A stretch of 64,000 bases of DNA, from assembly GCA_000830295.1 (NCBI GenBank), contig CP010425.1:1093691-1157690 (forward strand), written 5' to 3'. The notes beneath the pieces were generated by a model that worked only from the letters and a program-made list of their open reading frames with translations, ran no database searches and was not told the origin of the DNA. Positions 1 through 10,102 of the stretch are shown here, one piece after another. The stretch's first letter is position 1. Every line of letters starts with the position of its first letter. The position numbers and the translations under genes are program-made. The stretch comes from an archaeon GW2011_AR15. Its GTDB lineage: Archaea; Nanobdellota; Nanobdellia; Woesearchaeales; GW2011-AR15.

Positions 1-7
1 TATCTAT

Positions 8-1225
8 GTGACTTACCAGAAAAACCTTCCTTTCAGGTATTATGAGGAAAGCAACAGGGACAGGTTCTATAATGTGGTTGTTCCATTGCTCCCTGTAAGC
101 GCAAGGACTGAAATAAATACGATAAGGAATATGGACATAAGCGACACTGAGAAGTGGAGCAGGATTTCCAATGTGCTTGAAGAAATGTACAGCGATATGG
201 ATGAGGACGACAAGCAGGAACTTGTTGAAGAAATAGAGGAAGCAGTGAATGAGTATGAAATAAAGCAGCAGGAGGAGAGGCAGAAAACCGTTATCCACAA
301 AATCGGGATTGACAATGGAGATATAACCTATGAAAGCAGAGGAGAAGTAAAAGGCTACCTTCTTGACCAGTTCTCAATGGATGAGCATGAAGGCAATCTG
401 AGAGTTGCAACCACATTCAGCACATGGCTTAGGGATGGCTCTGTTACCTACAATAATGTATATGTGCTTGATGAAGACCTTGAGATAATAGGCTCAGAAG
501 AAGAGATTGCGCCTGATGAAAGTATCTACTCAACAAGATTTATGGGAGACAGGCTTTACATGGTCACTTTCAGGCAGATTGACCCGTTCTTCGTGATTGA
601 CCTGTCTGATGCAGCAGACCCTGAGGTGCTAGGATATCTGAAAATCCCCGGATTCTCAGATTACCTCCATCCTTATGATGAAAATCACATAATAGGCGTA
701 GGAAAGGAAACAGGAGAGAACGAGTACGGCCAGACAACAGTCAAGGGCGTGAAAATAGCTTTGTTTGATGTATCTGATGTCTCCAGCCCTGAATTGGTTG
801 ACATGTATGAGATAGGAGAGCAGGGAACAGATTCAGAGGCGCTGTATGACCACAGGGCATTCCTGTTTGACAAGGAAAAGGGCCTTCTTGTGCTTCCTAT
901 AATGGAAATGAAAGGAAAACAGGAATACGACCCAAGGATGGGCTACTACAGGCAGGACACATGGCAGGGAGCCTATGTCTTTGATATAGACGAAAACGGC
1001 TTTGAGCTCAGGGGCAAAGTCTCTCACGATGAGGCTCTTGATTATTACTATGACTATCAGAACACTGTAAGGAGGTCATTGTTCATGGATGACGTGCTCT
1101 ACACAGTTTCCATGAAAGCAATCAAGATGAGCGACCTTGAAAGCCTTGAACTGCTGAATGAGGTTGAGCTTCCGTACACTAAGTATGATTACGGAAGGCC
1201 AATGCCATTAGTAGTTGCAGAATAA
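8..1225 (+). CDS. Beta-propeller domain-containing secreted protein (Beta_propel family), probably 5'-truncated by the window edge
   Basis: Motifs LDQFSMDEHEGNLRVATT, ESIYSTRFMGDRLYMVTFRQIDPFFVIDL, GYLKIPGFSDYLHP, DSEALYDHRAFLF typical of this family. Confidence 0.85.
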   Translation: MTYQKNLPFRYYEESNRDRFYNVVVPLLPVSARTEINTIRNMDISDTEKWSRISNVLEEMYSDMDEDDKQELVEEIEEAVNEYEIKQQEERQKTVIHKIGIDNGDITYESRGEVKGYLLDQFSMDEHEGNLRVATTFSTWLRDGSVTYNNVYVLDEDLEIIGSEEEIAPDESIYSTRFMGDRLYMVTFRQIDPFFVIDLSDAADPEVLGYLKIPGFSDYLHPYDENHIIGVGKETGENEYGQTTVKGVKIALFDVSDVSSPELVDMYEIGEQGTDSEALYDHRAFLFDKEKGLLVLPIMEMKGKQEYDPRMGYYRQDTWQGAYVFDIDENGFELRGKVSHDEALDYYYDYQNTVRRSLFMDDVLYTVSMKAIKMSDLESLELLNEVELPYTKYDYGRPMPLVVAE

Positions 1226-1230
1226 TTTTT

Positions 1231-1575
1231 TTATTTCTTTTTTGCTTTGCTTAAACTTTCCAGTTCAGCGGGATTATATTCCTGGTGAATCTTTTCATAG
1301 AGCAATTTTACAAATGAATCTTTATAATTGACTTCTTCTTCCCAGTCTTTATAAAACATGCCTGGCGCATTTACTCGAAGTATGGTGTATCCCCTTCCAA
1401 GAAACCCTTTCCCTATTATTGTTGCTGAGAGAACACCTTTTTCGTGGTTTGATCTGATATTTGATCTGTATTGAGAAAATCTCTCTTCTTTTAGCAGCTC
1501 ATTCAAAGCTGTTTCAAAATCCTCGGTCTTTACAACATTACCCTTAAGAAGATCAACTAGTGTTGTGCTACCCAT
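1231..1575 (-). CDS. Hypothetical protein
   Basis: 114-aa ORF with ATG start and TATA-like TTTAAATA ~25 nt upstream; no recognised motif. Confidence 0.6.
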   Translation of the reverse strand: MGSTTLVDLLKGNVVKTEDFETALNELLKEERFSQYRSNIRSNHEKGVLSATIIGKGFLGRGYTILRVNAPGMFYKDWEEEVNYKDSFVKLLYEKIHQEYNPAELESLSKAKKK

Positions 1576-1608
1576 AAAATCTTACAGTATTATCGTATAT
1601 TTAAATTT

Positions 1609-2145
1609 TTACTTTTCAACATTCCCTGAAAGAATCTCAGGAGCTTCTCCAATAATATCAAAAATTTCTTTTTCCAGCTTATAGACAAGCGCAATATCCT
1701 CTTTCCTGTTCTCGCTGTCTCTGGCCGGGTATTTTCTGTTTATGTAGTCATATCTTCCTTTCAGCGAAACTATCTTGTCGTGCAGGACTCTTTTGTCTGC
1801 ATAATAAATTATTTTTTCCTCCCAGGTCTTCAGGCTTTTTATGAAATCACCCCTGTGCTGCTTGGCATAAAATCCCAGTTCCGAATACCCTTTTTCTGCC
1901 AATATTTCTTCTGTCCTGAAACCATGCTTCACTGATTTATCATTTATACAGAGCCACTTGTCTAGGTCATGAAGAAGCGAGCCTTTGTCAACAGTTTCAG
2001 AATCTATTTCAATGCCTTTTTCTTTAAGTTTTTTGCAGAGAAAGACAGCAACTTTGTTCACCGCAATTACATGGTCTATTATATTCTGCGGTGTTCCAAG
2101 CTCTTTGTACCATCTCAGGCACTGTTCTCTTGTGGGAAATCTCAT
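1609..2145 (-). CDS. HD-domain phosphohydrolase
   Basis: H...LLHDLDK...H...H...ADKR metal-binding pattern; ATGA overlap with the upstream gene. Confidence 0.85.
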   Translation of the reverse strand: MRFPTREQCLRWYKELGTPQNIIDHVIAVNKVAVFLCKKLKEKGIEIDSETVDKGSLLHDLDKWLCINDKSVKHGFRTEEILAEKGYSELGFYAKQHRGDFIKSLKTWEEKIIYYADKRVLHDKIVSLKGRYDYINRKYPARDSENRKEDIALVYKLEKEIFDIIGEAPEILSGNVEK

Positions 2146-2714
2146 CTCAAATGCCCTGTGTTGTTTATCATGTGGATTCTATGTTTTTTATCTTCCGTTA
2201 TCTCAAATATGCTGATACTTGCATTTCCCAGCTCAGGCATCTCTTCAAGCCTTTTACCCTGTACCAGGGCAAGCATCTGCCTGCCTGCCCCTCCATGGCT
2301 TACAAATACAACAGTGGACTTTGGATATTTTTTATAGGTTTCATCTATGAATCCCCTTAGTCTTTTCTTTGTCTGCTCTTCAGATTCGACCCCTTCCGGC
2401 CTCTTATTTTTCCAATCAATTGGGCCGATTTCTGATTTCTTCTTCCCAGTAAGTATTCCCATGCTGAATTCCCTTAATGATTCAGTAAGAATAAGAGGTA
2501 CATCTCTATGATAGTGTCTTATTTCTTTTGCAGTGTCTGCTGCTCTCGCAAGATCGCTCGAAAATATTGCATCAATTTTTTCATTTTTCAGCCTAAGGGC
2601 TGCTTTTCTCGCCTGATCTATGCCCTGCTCTGTCAGCTTTCCATGAATATGCCCCTGGAAAATGCCCGCAGAATTCTCCTCTGTTTCGCCATGTCTTACC
2701 AGAATGACTTTCAT
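2142..2714 (-). CDS. Histidine phosphatase family protein (phosphoglycerate mutase-like)
   Basis: RHGET, SSDLARA, LRE, VSHGG motifs. Confidence 0.9.
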   Translation of the reverse strand: MKVILVRHGETEENSAGIFQGHIHGKLTEQGIDQARKAALRLKNEKIDAIFSSDLARAADTAKEIRHYHRDVPLILTESLREFSMGILTGKKKSEIGPIDWKNKRPEGVESEEQTKKRLRGFIDETYKKYPKSTVVFVSHGGAGRQMLALVQGKRLEEMPELGNASISIFEITEDKKHRIHMINNTGHLR

Positions 2715-2738
2715 AGTTAATCAGTTTCAAGTATAATG

Positions 2739-3377
2739 CTATATATCTAATTTTTTCTCATTTATAAATTCTTCAAAAACAGAAAGCCTGCTTGTATAAT
2801 CTGCCTCGGAAAGGTCAAAATTCAGCCTGTATGTTGAGTCAATATCATGCAGGATATCATGCCAGTCTGTTCTCAGGTCAGCATCCATATCAAGGTACAG
2901 AAAATAAAACACGTATATTACCTTACTCCTGGCTATAACTCTTCCATTCGCTTTGTCAATTACAAGGCTCCCGTATGCGCCCTTTGAGGGCATTATGTAA
3001 TCAGGCCTTTTTTCAGCAGCGCTTCCAAGAGTGCCGTTCTGTGCTGCATTATAAAACGCTTCTATAACCGGAACAAGAGCTGCAAGGCCATCATAACCCT
3101 CCTCGAGCAGGCTTTGCTCCAGAGGAAAGGTAGAGCCTTCGTGCAGTGTAAGAATATTAGCTCCGCAGCTCAGCCTGTTTTTTATGTCCGGCTTGGAAAC
3201 GCTCTCTTTTTCTAGGAAATCTTCAAGGTCCGTAAAGAATTTAGTCTGGCCAAGAAAAAATTCATCAAGATACAGAGCAAAAACTCCTTTTGAGTCTATA
3301 GCTGCAATCTTCCAGTTTTCCTGGTCATGAAGGGCATAGCCTGTTGGGAACCTTGGTGTATACCCTTTGTTATCCAT
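2739..3377 (-). CDS. Hypothetical protein, paralog of 3414..4052
   Basis: 212-aa ORF with its own TATA box; collinear similarity to the neighbour. Confidence 0.7.
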   Translation of the reverse strand: MDNKGYTPRFPTGYALHDQENWKIAAIDSKGVFALYLDEFFLGQTKFFTDLEDFLEKESVSKPDIKNRLSCGANILTLHEGSTFPLEQSLLEEGYDGLAALVPVIEAFYNAAQNGTLGSAAEKRPDYIMPSKGAYGSLVIDKANGRVIARSKVIYVFYFLYLDMDADLRTDWHDILHDIDSTYRLNFDLSEADYTSRLSVFEEFINEKKLDI

Positions 3378-3413
3378 CAGAAAACTAAGAGAAGAAATTA
3401 TATTTAAAGTATT

Positions 3414-4052
3414 CTATAGCTGAAATGCATCCGGCCTGCTATCGAAGAACTCTTGAAATGCAGCTAATGAGGGCCCAATAGGTTCCTCTTTCACGCTAAA
3501 GCTAGGAGTATATATCATGTCAACAGTTGCTTTGAGTGTCTCAATATCCTCTCCCTCGTCTCCCAGGTAAAAGAGATGGATATCATATTCAAGATCTTCC
3601 TCAATAATAGCCTTATTGCTCTCTCTGTCCAGACGTATTCTGCCTCTTGCACCCATTCCGCCAATCACGTAATCAGGAAGCTGGAAGGTTGAGTTCTGAA
3701 GTTCATTCTCGCACTTATCCTCTAGCTCCATGTAGAGCACCTTTATTATTGGATCAAGCGCTGCGGTGCCGTCAAGCCCCTGTGCAAGAAGATATTCATC
3801 TAATGAAAACTCTGCTCCTTTGTACAAAACAATTGTCCATGTATCGTATGAAAGCCTATTCACAATTGAAAGGTCAATGCCTTTCTCCCTGTTGATGAGG
3901 TCGTTAGCAGTAACGTGCTCCCTTGGCACATTCCCGAATGCCGCATCTATTCCCTGGAGCTTAAATACCCCGCCAGAGGCTATAACGCCTATAGGCCCAT
4001 ACCCGCTGTCCATAACAGTATGGATCATCTCACTGAATTTAGGCTTGTACAT
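3414..4052 (-). CDS. Hypothetical protein, paralog of 2739..3377 (start uncertain)
   Basis: 212-aa ORF; shared blocks GVF, NRLS, GxDGxAAL, PDY, FxEF. Confidence 0.7.
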   Translation of the reverse strand: MYKPKFSEMIHTVMDSGYGPIGVIASGGVFKLQGIDAAFGNVPREHVTANDLINREKGIDLSIVNRLSYDTWTIVLYKGAEFSLDEYLLAQGLDGTAALDPIIKVLYMELEDKCENELQNSTFQLPDYVIGGMGARGRIRLDRESNKAIIEEDLEYDIHLFYLGDEGEDIETLKATVDMIYTPSFSVKEEPIGPSLAAFQEFFDSRPDAFQL

Positions 4053-4129
4053 TTCCCCTGGGGGAGGAATAAATTATATTTAAATATTGCTTAATTAGTA
4101 ATAAGAATCAATCAGGAATGTTAACAGAA

Positions 4130-4441
4130 TTATACGTCAATCATCTCAATCTCAATATTAAGGCCGTCCGGGATAGGCACTCTCATAACAAGCCTCAGCG
4201 CCCTCTCATCGATGCCAAGATCAATCAATCTCTTGTGTATCCTCATCTCATAGCGCTCCCATGTTTCTGTTCCCTCTCCGTCCGGGCTTTTCCTTGTCGT
4301 AACCCTTAGTTTTTTTGTCGGAAGAGGTATGGGGCCACGTATCACTACCCCTGTCTTGTCTGCAATCTCTTTTATACTAGCACAAACCTGGTTCACCTTA
4401 TTGATGTCCATGCTTGCCAGTTTTATCCTTGCTTTCTGCAT
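4130..4441 (-). CDS. rps10: 30S ribosomal protein S10 (uS10)
   Basis: [27 protein letters not shown]; follows EF-1A. Confidence 0.97.
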   Translation of the reverse strand: MQKARIKLASMDINKVNQVCASIKEIADKTGVVIRGPIPLPTKKLRVTTRKSPDGEGTETWERYEMRIHKRLIDLGIDERALRLVMRVPIPDGLNIEIEMIDV

Positions 4442-4501
4442 CTTTTTTCTCCTGCATGATAAGTTTTAAATTATCATGAAAATAAAAAATAAAACATAAA
4501 T

Positions 4502-5797
4502 TTACTTCTTGTTCATGTCCTTTGCGACAAGGTCTATGCACATGCCTGCTGCGACTGTTGTTCCGCTGTCCCTGATTGCGAACCTTGACAGCTGCGGTAT
4601 GTCCTTCTGCCTCTCTATTACCAGAGGTGTTGTAGGCCTTATCTTTACTATGGCTGCGTCCCCGTTCTTTATGAAGTCAGGCTTTTCCTTAAGTGTTGCG
4701 CCTGTTCTTGGGTCCAGCTGCCTTACAATCTCAACTATCTGGCATGCAACCTGTGCTGTGTGGATGTGGAATACCGGAGTGTATCCTGCTGTGATAACAG
4801 TAGGGTGGTTAAGGACTACCATCTGTGCTGTAAACTCTGTAGCAACAGTAGGCCAGCTGTTAGGATGACCTATAACGTCTCCCCTTGCCAGGTCCTTCTT
4901 TCCCATTCCGCCGACTGAAAATCCGACGTTGTCCCCTGGTTCTGCCTTGTCAAGCTGCTCATGGTGCATTTCTATTGTCTTGCATTCTCCAAGAACTCCT
5001 TTTCCTTCTCTTCCCGGAACTGCAACAATCTTGTCCTTTGCTTTCATAACTCCTGTCTCTACCCTTCCTACCGGTACAACTCCTATACCTGTGATGTTAT
5101 AGACATCCTGGATAGGTAGCCTCAGCGGCAGGTTGACTGGTTTTTCCGGTACTTTGAAATTGTCAAGTCCCTCAACAAGTGTCGGACCTGCGTTCCATTT
5201 CAGGTTTTCTGACTTTTTGACAACATTGTCTCCCTTCAGGCCTGAAATCGGAATAAACTGCACTTCCTCTATCTTGTAGCCGACTGTCTTAAGCAGGCCT
5301 TCAACCTGTGACTTAACAGAATTGAATTTTGCCTGGTCATAGTTGACCATATCCATCTTGTTCACTGCTACTGCAAGCTGGTTGACACCGAGTGTCTTTG
5401 CAAGGAAAACGTGCTCCTTTGTCTGTGCCATGACTCCGTCAGTAACTGCAACTACAAGCACACCGCAGTCTGCCTGTGATGCTCCTGTAATCATGTTCTT
5501 GACGAAATCCCTGTGGCCTGGTGCGTCGATTATTGTGAAATCATATTTTGCTGTTGAGAATTTCTTGTGGGCAAGGTCGATTGTAATACCCCTTTCCCTC
5601 TCTTCCTTAAGGTTGTCCATGACATAAGCGAACTCAAATCCGCCTTTTCCCTGGGCATCTGCAAGCTCCTTAAGCTTTCTCAGCTGCTGCTCTGAAATAT
5701 TTCCTGAGTCGAATAGCAGCCTTCCTACTGTAGTTGATTTGCCGTGGTCAATATGACCAATAACAACGAGATTCAAATGTTCTTTTTGTTTTGCCAT
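4502..5797 (-). CDS. tuf: Translation elongation factor EF-1 alpha
   Basis: [29 protein letters not shown]. Confidence 0.98.
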   Translation of the reverse strand: MAKQKEHLNLVVIGHIDHGKSTTVGRLLFDSGNISEQQLRKLKELADAQGKGGFEFAYVMDNLKEERERGITIDLAHKKFSTAKYDFTIIDAPGHRDFVKNMITGASQADCGVLVVAVTDGVMAQTKEHVFLAKTLGVNQLAVAVNKMDMVNYDQAKFNSVKSQVEGLLKTVGYKIEEVQFIPISGLKGDNVVKKSENLKWNAGPTLVEGLDNFKVPEKPVNLPLRLPIQDVYNITGIGVVPVGRVETGVMKAKDKIVAVPGREGKGVLGECKTIEMHHEQLDKAEPGDNVGFSVGGMGKKDLARGDVIGHPNSWPTVATEFTAQMVVLNHPTVITAGYTPVFHIHTAQVACQIVEIVRQLDPRTGATLKEKPDFIKNGDAAIVKIRPTTPLVIERQKDIPQLSRFAIRDSGTTVAAGMCIDLVAKDMNKK

Positions 5798-5865
5798 TTT
5801 CTATCCTCCGAATTCAATCATTAGGTCTATTTTTAGGAAATTATAACACTTTATAAGCATTTCTC

Positions 5866-8052
5866 TTATTCTGCTGTAGTTTCCTCCTCGACAATTCCCT
5901 TTCTTGACCTTATCTGGTTTATTATTTTCTGCTGAAGCTCGTTTGGCAGCTTTTCGAATCCCTGGTCAACAACTGAAAAACTTGCCCTTCCCTCTGTTGA
6001 GCTTCTTATGTCGTTGCTTAATCCAAACATCTCTGCAACTGGAAGCTTACCTTTTATTGTTGTGAATTCTCCTCTGCTGTCCATCTCAAGCATCTGCCCT
6101 CTCTTTGATGAAAGCAGCTTTGAGACTTCTCCCATGAATCTTGTTGGGGTATCAAACTGGAGCACCTGCACTGGTTCATAAAGCACAGCCCCGCCGCCCC
6201 TTATAGCTGCCCTTATACCTTCCCTTACTGCAGGGTATACCTGTGCTGGCCCCCTGTGGATTGAATCCTCGTGCAGGCTCATGTCAGCCAGAGTTACAAG
6301 CAGACCTATGCATGGCTCTCTTGCCAGCGGCCCTGCTCTCATGACATCCTCAAACATATCGTTTATGAGCTCAATAACCTCTCCCATATGGACCTGACCA
6401 CGTGTGTCTTCTATGAGGATATTCCCTTTATAGATATTCTTGACCTTTCTTGCCTCTTTTGCATCAAATCCGAGTGATGAAAGCTTTTCCCATAGCTGCG
6501 GCACTTTCTTCTTGATTCTCCCTTCAGCAAGCTCTCCTGATTTTATTGCATCCCTTAGTTTTGGGTCAAGAGGAGCAACTTTGAAATAAAACTTGTTGTG
6601 CTTGTTCGGAGATTTTCCTTCATATTCCTGGGAAGGCTTTGTTACTGTCTCCCTGTATACGACAACAGGCGGGCTTGTCTTGACATCAAGGTGCTTCTCA
6701 GTCTTAATCCTGTTTTCTATGATTTCAAGATGCAGCTCTCCCATTCCTGACATCAGGTGCTCTCCTGTCTCCTCATTAATCTGGATTGTAATGGATGGGT
6801 CTTCCTTTCCAACCTTCTTCAGCACTTCAATTAGTTTTGGAAGGTCGCTAGGCTTTGTGGCCTCAACAGCCTTTGTAACAACAGGCTCAAATAAATGCTT
6901 GATCTGCTCAAAAGGCTCAGCGTCTGTGTCTTCTGCGACTGTCTCCCCTGCAAATCCTTTCTTGAACCCTGCAATGCCTATGATGTTTCCTGCGGGAACA
7001 TTGTCCACTACTTCTCTTTTTGCTCCGTTGAATATGTAGACCTGCTGTATTCTTGCAACTTCCTTTGCTGCAATAAGATGAACTGTCATCCCTTTTTTCA
7101 CTGTTCCTGAAAAAAGCCTGCCTGTGCATATCTCTCCTGCAAGAGGATCAACGACAATCTTTGTTATCACAAACCCTATTTTACCATTTGGATTGCAGCT
7201 CAGAAGGGATTTCCCGAAATCTGTCTCAACATCTCCCTGCCATATCTTCGGGATCCTGTATTTTTGTGCATCTATGGGATTTGGGAGGTGCTTTACTACT
7301 GCGTTTAGTATGACCAGATGGATCGGGGCTTTTTTCCTTAAAGCCTTGATGTCTTCTTCCTCTCCCTTGCTGTATGCGTCTATTATGTCATTGAAATTGA
7401 CATTGTTCTTCTGCATATAGGGTATGGAAAGCGCCCAGTTATGGAAAGCAGAGCCGAAGCAGACGCTCCCGTCCTGCACATTGACATCCCATTTTCCCCT
7501 GAATTCGTCAGGGCAGATGCTGTTGACAAACCTGTTTACCCCTGTGATAATTTTTGCGAATCTTTCCTGCATCTGTGCAGGTGTCAGCTGAAGCTCTTTT
7601 ATCAGCCTGTCAACTTTATTTATGAAAAGGATTGGCTTTACTCTTTCCCTAAGGGCCTGCCTCAGCACAGTCTCTGTCTGGGGCATCATGCCTTCTACAG
7701 CGCAGACAAGCACGATTGTTCCGTCTGCTGCTCTCATTGCCCTTGTGACGTCCCCTCCAAAATCAACGTGGCCTGGCGTATCCAGAAGATTGATCAGGTG
7801 CTCCTCGTTGTTGAGAGTGTGAACCATAGAAACTGCTGATGTGTCGATTGTGATGCCTCTCTGCTGCTCATCTTCGTGAAAATCAAGCACCTGCATCTTT
7901 CCTGCAAGGTCCTCTGAAATCATGCCTGCGCCTGCCAGGAGGTTATCTGAAAATGTTGTCTTCCCGTGGTCTATGTGAGCGCAAATAGCTATGTTCCTTA
8001 TATAAGTAGGTTTATTCATAATTGCTGTTACCCTGTCAACCATCTTTGCCAT
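5866..8052 (-). CDS. fusA: Translation elongation factor EF-2
   Basis: AHIDHGKTT, DTPGHVDF, NKVD, GMGELHLE, diphthamide loop HEDSIHRGPAQ. Confidence 0.98.
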   Translation of the reverse strand: MAKMVDRVTAIMNKPTYIRNIAICAHIDHGKTTFSDNLLAGAGMISEDLAGKMQVLDFHEDEQQRGITIDTSAVSMVHTLNNEEHLINLLDTPGHVDFGGDVTRAMRAADGTIVLVCAVEGMMPQTETVLRQALRERVKPILFINKVDRLIKELQLTPAQMQERFAKIITGVNRFVNSICPDEFRGKWDVNVQDGSVCFGSAFHNWALSIPYMQKNNVNFNDIIDAYSKGEEEDIKALRKKAPIHLVILNAVVKHLPNPIDAQKYRIPKIWQGDVETDFGKSLLSCNPNGKIGFVITKIVVDPLAGEICTGRLFSGTVKKGMTVHLIAAKEVARIQQVYIFNGAKREVVDNVPAGNIIGIAGFKKGFAGETVAEDTDAEPFEQIKHLFEPVVTKAVEATKPSDLPKLIEVLKKVGKEDPSITIQINEETGEHLMSGMGELHLEIIENRIKTEKHLDVKTSPPVVVYRETVTKPSQEYEGKSPNKHNKFYFKVAPLDPKLRDAIKSGELAEGRIKKKVPQLWEKLSSLGFDAKEARKVKNIYKGNILIEDTRGQVHMGEVIELINDMFEDVMRAGPLAREPCIGLLVTLADMSLHEDSIHRGPAQVYPAVREGIRAAIRGGGAVLYEPVQVLQFDTPTRFMGEVSKLLSSKRGQMLEMDSRGEFTTIKGKLPVAEMFGLSNDIRSSTEGRASFSVVDQGFEKLPNELQQKIINQIRSRKGIVEEETTAE

Positions 8053-8076
8053 TTTATTTAGTCACCTGTTTGAAAG

Positions 8077-8574
8077 TTAAAAAACATGCTTCTCATGCAC
8101 TGTCTTGTATGTATGAATCTCTTTGTCCGTAAACCACAAAGCAACTTCTTTTTTTGCATTTTCTGATGTATCTGAAGCATGAATGATGTTCTTCACTGCT
8201 GTGCCCTTATTGTCGGCATATGCATATGAATGATGCGCAAAATCCCCCCTTATTGTCCCTGGGAGAGCCTGCCTTGGCTCTGTGCTGCCTGTCATCTTCC
8301 TCACTACCTCAACTGCGTGTATACCTTCAACCGCTATAGCAACAACAGGCCCTGAGATTATGAACTCCTCAAGACTCCTGTAGAAAGCCTTCGCAACATG
8401 CTCTGAATAGTGCTTTTTTGAGAAAGCCTTGTCAACCCACACCATTTTCATGCCGACTATCTTAAGCCCGACATTCTCAAATCTGGTTATGATATTGCCC
8501 ACGATGCCCCGTTCAACTGCATCAGGTTTCAAAAGCACTAATGTCCTCTCTATAAGGTCTGGCATTTTTATCAT
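8077..8574 (-). CDS. ndk: Nucleoside diphosphate kinase
   Basis: ERTLVLLKPDAV, PGTIRGDF, NIIHASD with catalytic His. Confidence 0.96.
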   Translation of the reverse strand: MIKMPDLIERTLVLLKPDAVERGIVGNIITRFENVGLKIVGMKMVWVDKAFSKKHYSEHVAKAFYRSLEEFIISGPVVAIAVEGIHAVEVVRKMTGSTEPRQALPGTIRGDFAHHSYAYADNKGTAVKNIIHASDTSENAKKEVALWFTDKEIHTYKTVHEKHVF

Positions 8575-8577
8575 CTC

Positions 8578-8757
8578 CTATTGTTTCTTGTTTTTCCGGT
8601 GTTCTTCTGTCCACCTTGTCAACCTTGGCTTCCTGCTAAGCTTTATCATGTTCTTCTCGCATTTTCCTGAACAAAAATAAAGTATCTTTGCATCAGACTT
8701 GATGTACATCTTACCTGTTCCCGGAGTGAATTCCTTCCCGCAAAAAGTGCATTTCAT
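8578..8757 (-). CDS. rpl24e: 50S ribosomal protein L24e
   Basis: CTFCG...PGTG...FCSGKC; ATG at 8757 preceded by SD AGGAGGTG. Confidence 0.95.
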   Translation of the reverse strand: MKCTFCGKEFTPGTGKMYIKSDAKILYFCSGKCEKNMIKLSRKPRLTRWTEEHRKNKKQ

Positions 8758-8808
8758 TTTCTTAAACACCTCCTGTGTTTGAGAATTGAAAATCTTTGAT
8801 TTTCATTT

Positions 8809-9111
8809 CTATCCACTCCCTCTTCCTGTCTTGTTAAGCGGACGGGCCTCAATTTCTGTCTCTCTCAGCATAAGGATATCTCCTGTCTGCACTGGCCCTA
8901 CGACATTCCTTCTTATTATCTTGTTGGCGTCCCTTCCTTCAAGAATCTTGCACCTAACCTGGGTAACTCCGCCTCTTGTGCCTGTCCTTCCAATTACTTC
9001 CTCGACTGTAGCAGGAACAGCAACTGTAAAGGTAACCTTGCCTCTTATTTCCTTTTCCTGCTCTGCTCCCTGTTTCTGCTCAGCCTGCTGAGTCTTTTCT
9101 TCTCTTGCCAT
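8809..9111 (-). CDS. rps28e: 30S ribosomal protein S28e with N-terminal extension
   Basis: [30 protein letters not shown]; synteny rpl7ae-rps28e-rpl24e-ndk. Confidence 0.95.
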   Translation of the reverse strand: MAREEKTQQAEQKQGAEQEKEIRGKVTFTVAVPATVEEVIGRTGTRGGVTQVRCKILEGRDANKIIRRNVVGPVQTGDILMLRETEIEARPLNKTGRGSG

Positions 9112-9116
9112 GAAAA

Positions 9117-9437
9117 TCAGCCTTTCTTGTTGAATTCCTTAATCAGCGCTGATGCTTCCCCTGGTTCGGAAACTGCAATAGCGCTTGTCCCCACTTGTAA
9201 TCCTGCTGCTGCTCCAAGCTCTTCTTTGCTTGGCACTTCAACGCATGGTATCCCTTTCTCCTTGCAGAGCAAAGGAATGTGCATTATTACTTCTGGAGGA
9301 TTGACATCTTTTGCAAAGACTACAAGCTTTGCCGTGCCTCTCTCTATTGACTTTGTTACCTCATTGGTCCCTTTCTTAATCTTGCCGGTTGTCCTGGCAA
9401 CTTCAACTGCTTCGTAAGCTTTTTCACTTTCTGACAT
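9117..9437 (-). CDS. rpl7ae: 50S ribosomal protein L7Ae (K-turn binding)
   Basis: [28 protein letters not shown]. Confidence 0.96.
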   Translation of the reverse strand: MSESEKAYEAVEVARTTGKIKKGTNEVTKSIERGTAKLVVFAKDVNPPEVIMHIPLLCKEKGIPCVEVPSKEELGAAAGLQVGTSAIAVSEPGEASALIKEFNKKG

Positions 9438-9542
9438 TTGTTTTCACCTTTCCCCATTATTGGTAACCAGAATAAATGTTACCTTCTTTCGGGCCATCTG
9501 GCCGTCATAATTCATTAGGTATTTTAAAGGAAATTTGGGGTG

Positions 9543-9550
9543 TTTATAAA
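9543..9550 (-). promoter_or_regulatory. TATA box of the rpl7ae ribosomal/translation operon
   Basis: TTTATAAA ~105 nt upstream of the rpl7ae ATG, implying an ~80-nt 5' UTR. Confidence 0.55.
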
Positions 9551-9609
9551 TGTTACTGATAGAATAATTCTCCAGTTAATTTAAATATAAACAAAATTTA
9601 CATTGGGGT

Positions 9610-10050
9610 ATGGGAGATATTGCTGAATACATATTGGAACATGAGAATGGCGGGTATCGTATTGTCCAGGCCTATCAGCAATATACTGCTCACCTTGCAA
9701 AATATTTGCAGATTATTGGGGAGATGGATAGTTTAAAGGGAACAGGAGATTGGGTTCTCGGTATAAATGTTCCGGGCGTCGGGCCTGCATTAACTCTGAT
9801 TGACGGTGACGAGCCCTTTATTGGTCCAATGGGGAATGCAATGATGCATGAAGTTGGACAAGCAAAAACACATCTGCAAATACTGGTGGACAGTCATTGG
9901 GGGAATATTCCCTTAGTCAAGAAATATTATGGGAGATTAATGCAGCAACCATTCCCAGAGAATTACCAAGGATATGATATCCCCGCAGAATACATGATTG
10001 CTGATGGCAAACTTTCTCCTGGCAGGCCGCTGCACCTGCTTGAAGGTTAA
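9610..10050 (+). CDS. Hypothetical protein
   Basis: 146-aa ATG ORF with TTTAAATA ~25 nt upstream. Confidence 0.6.
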   Translation: MGDIAEYILEHENGGYRIVQAYQQYTAHLAKYLQIIGEMDSLKGTGDWVLGINVPGVGPALTLIDGDEPFIGPMGNAMMHEVGQAKTHLQILVDSHWGNIPLVKKYYGRLMQQPFPENYQGYDIPAEYMIADGKLSPGRPLHLLEG

Positions 10051-10102
10051 TTCTTTATCAATACTCAACTTTTATAAAGCTGTTGATTTTTCAGTTTTTC
10101 AG

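Noticed and set aside
6240-6290. Possible loss of the EF-2 diphthamide site
   Set aside because: HEDSIHRGPAQ retains the target His
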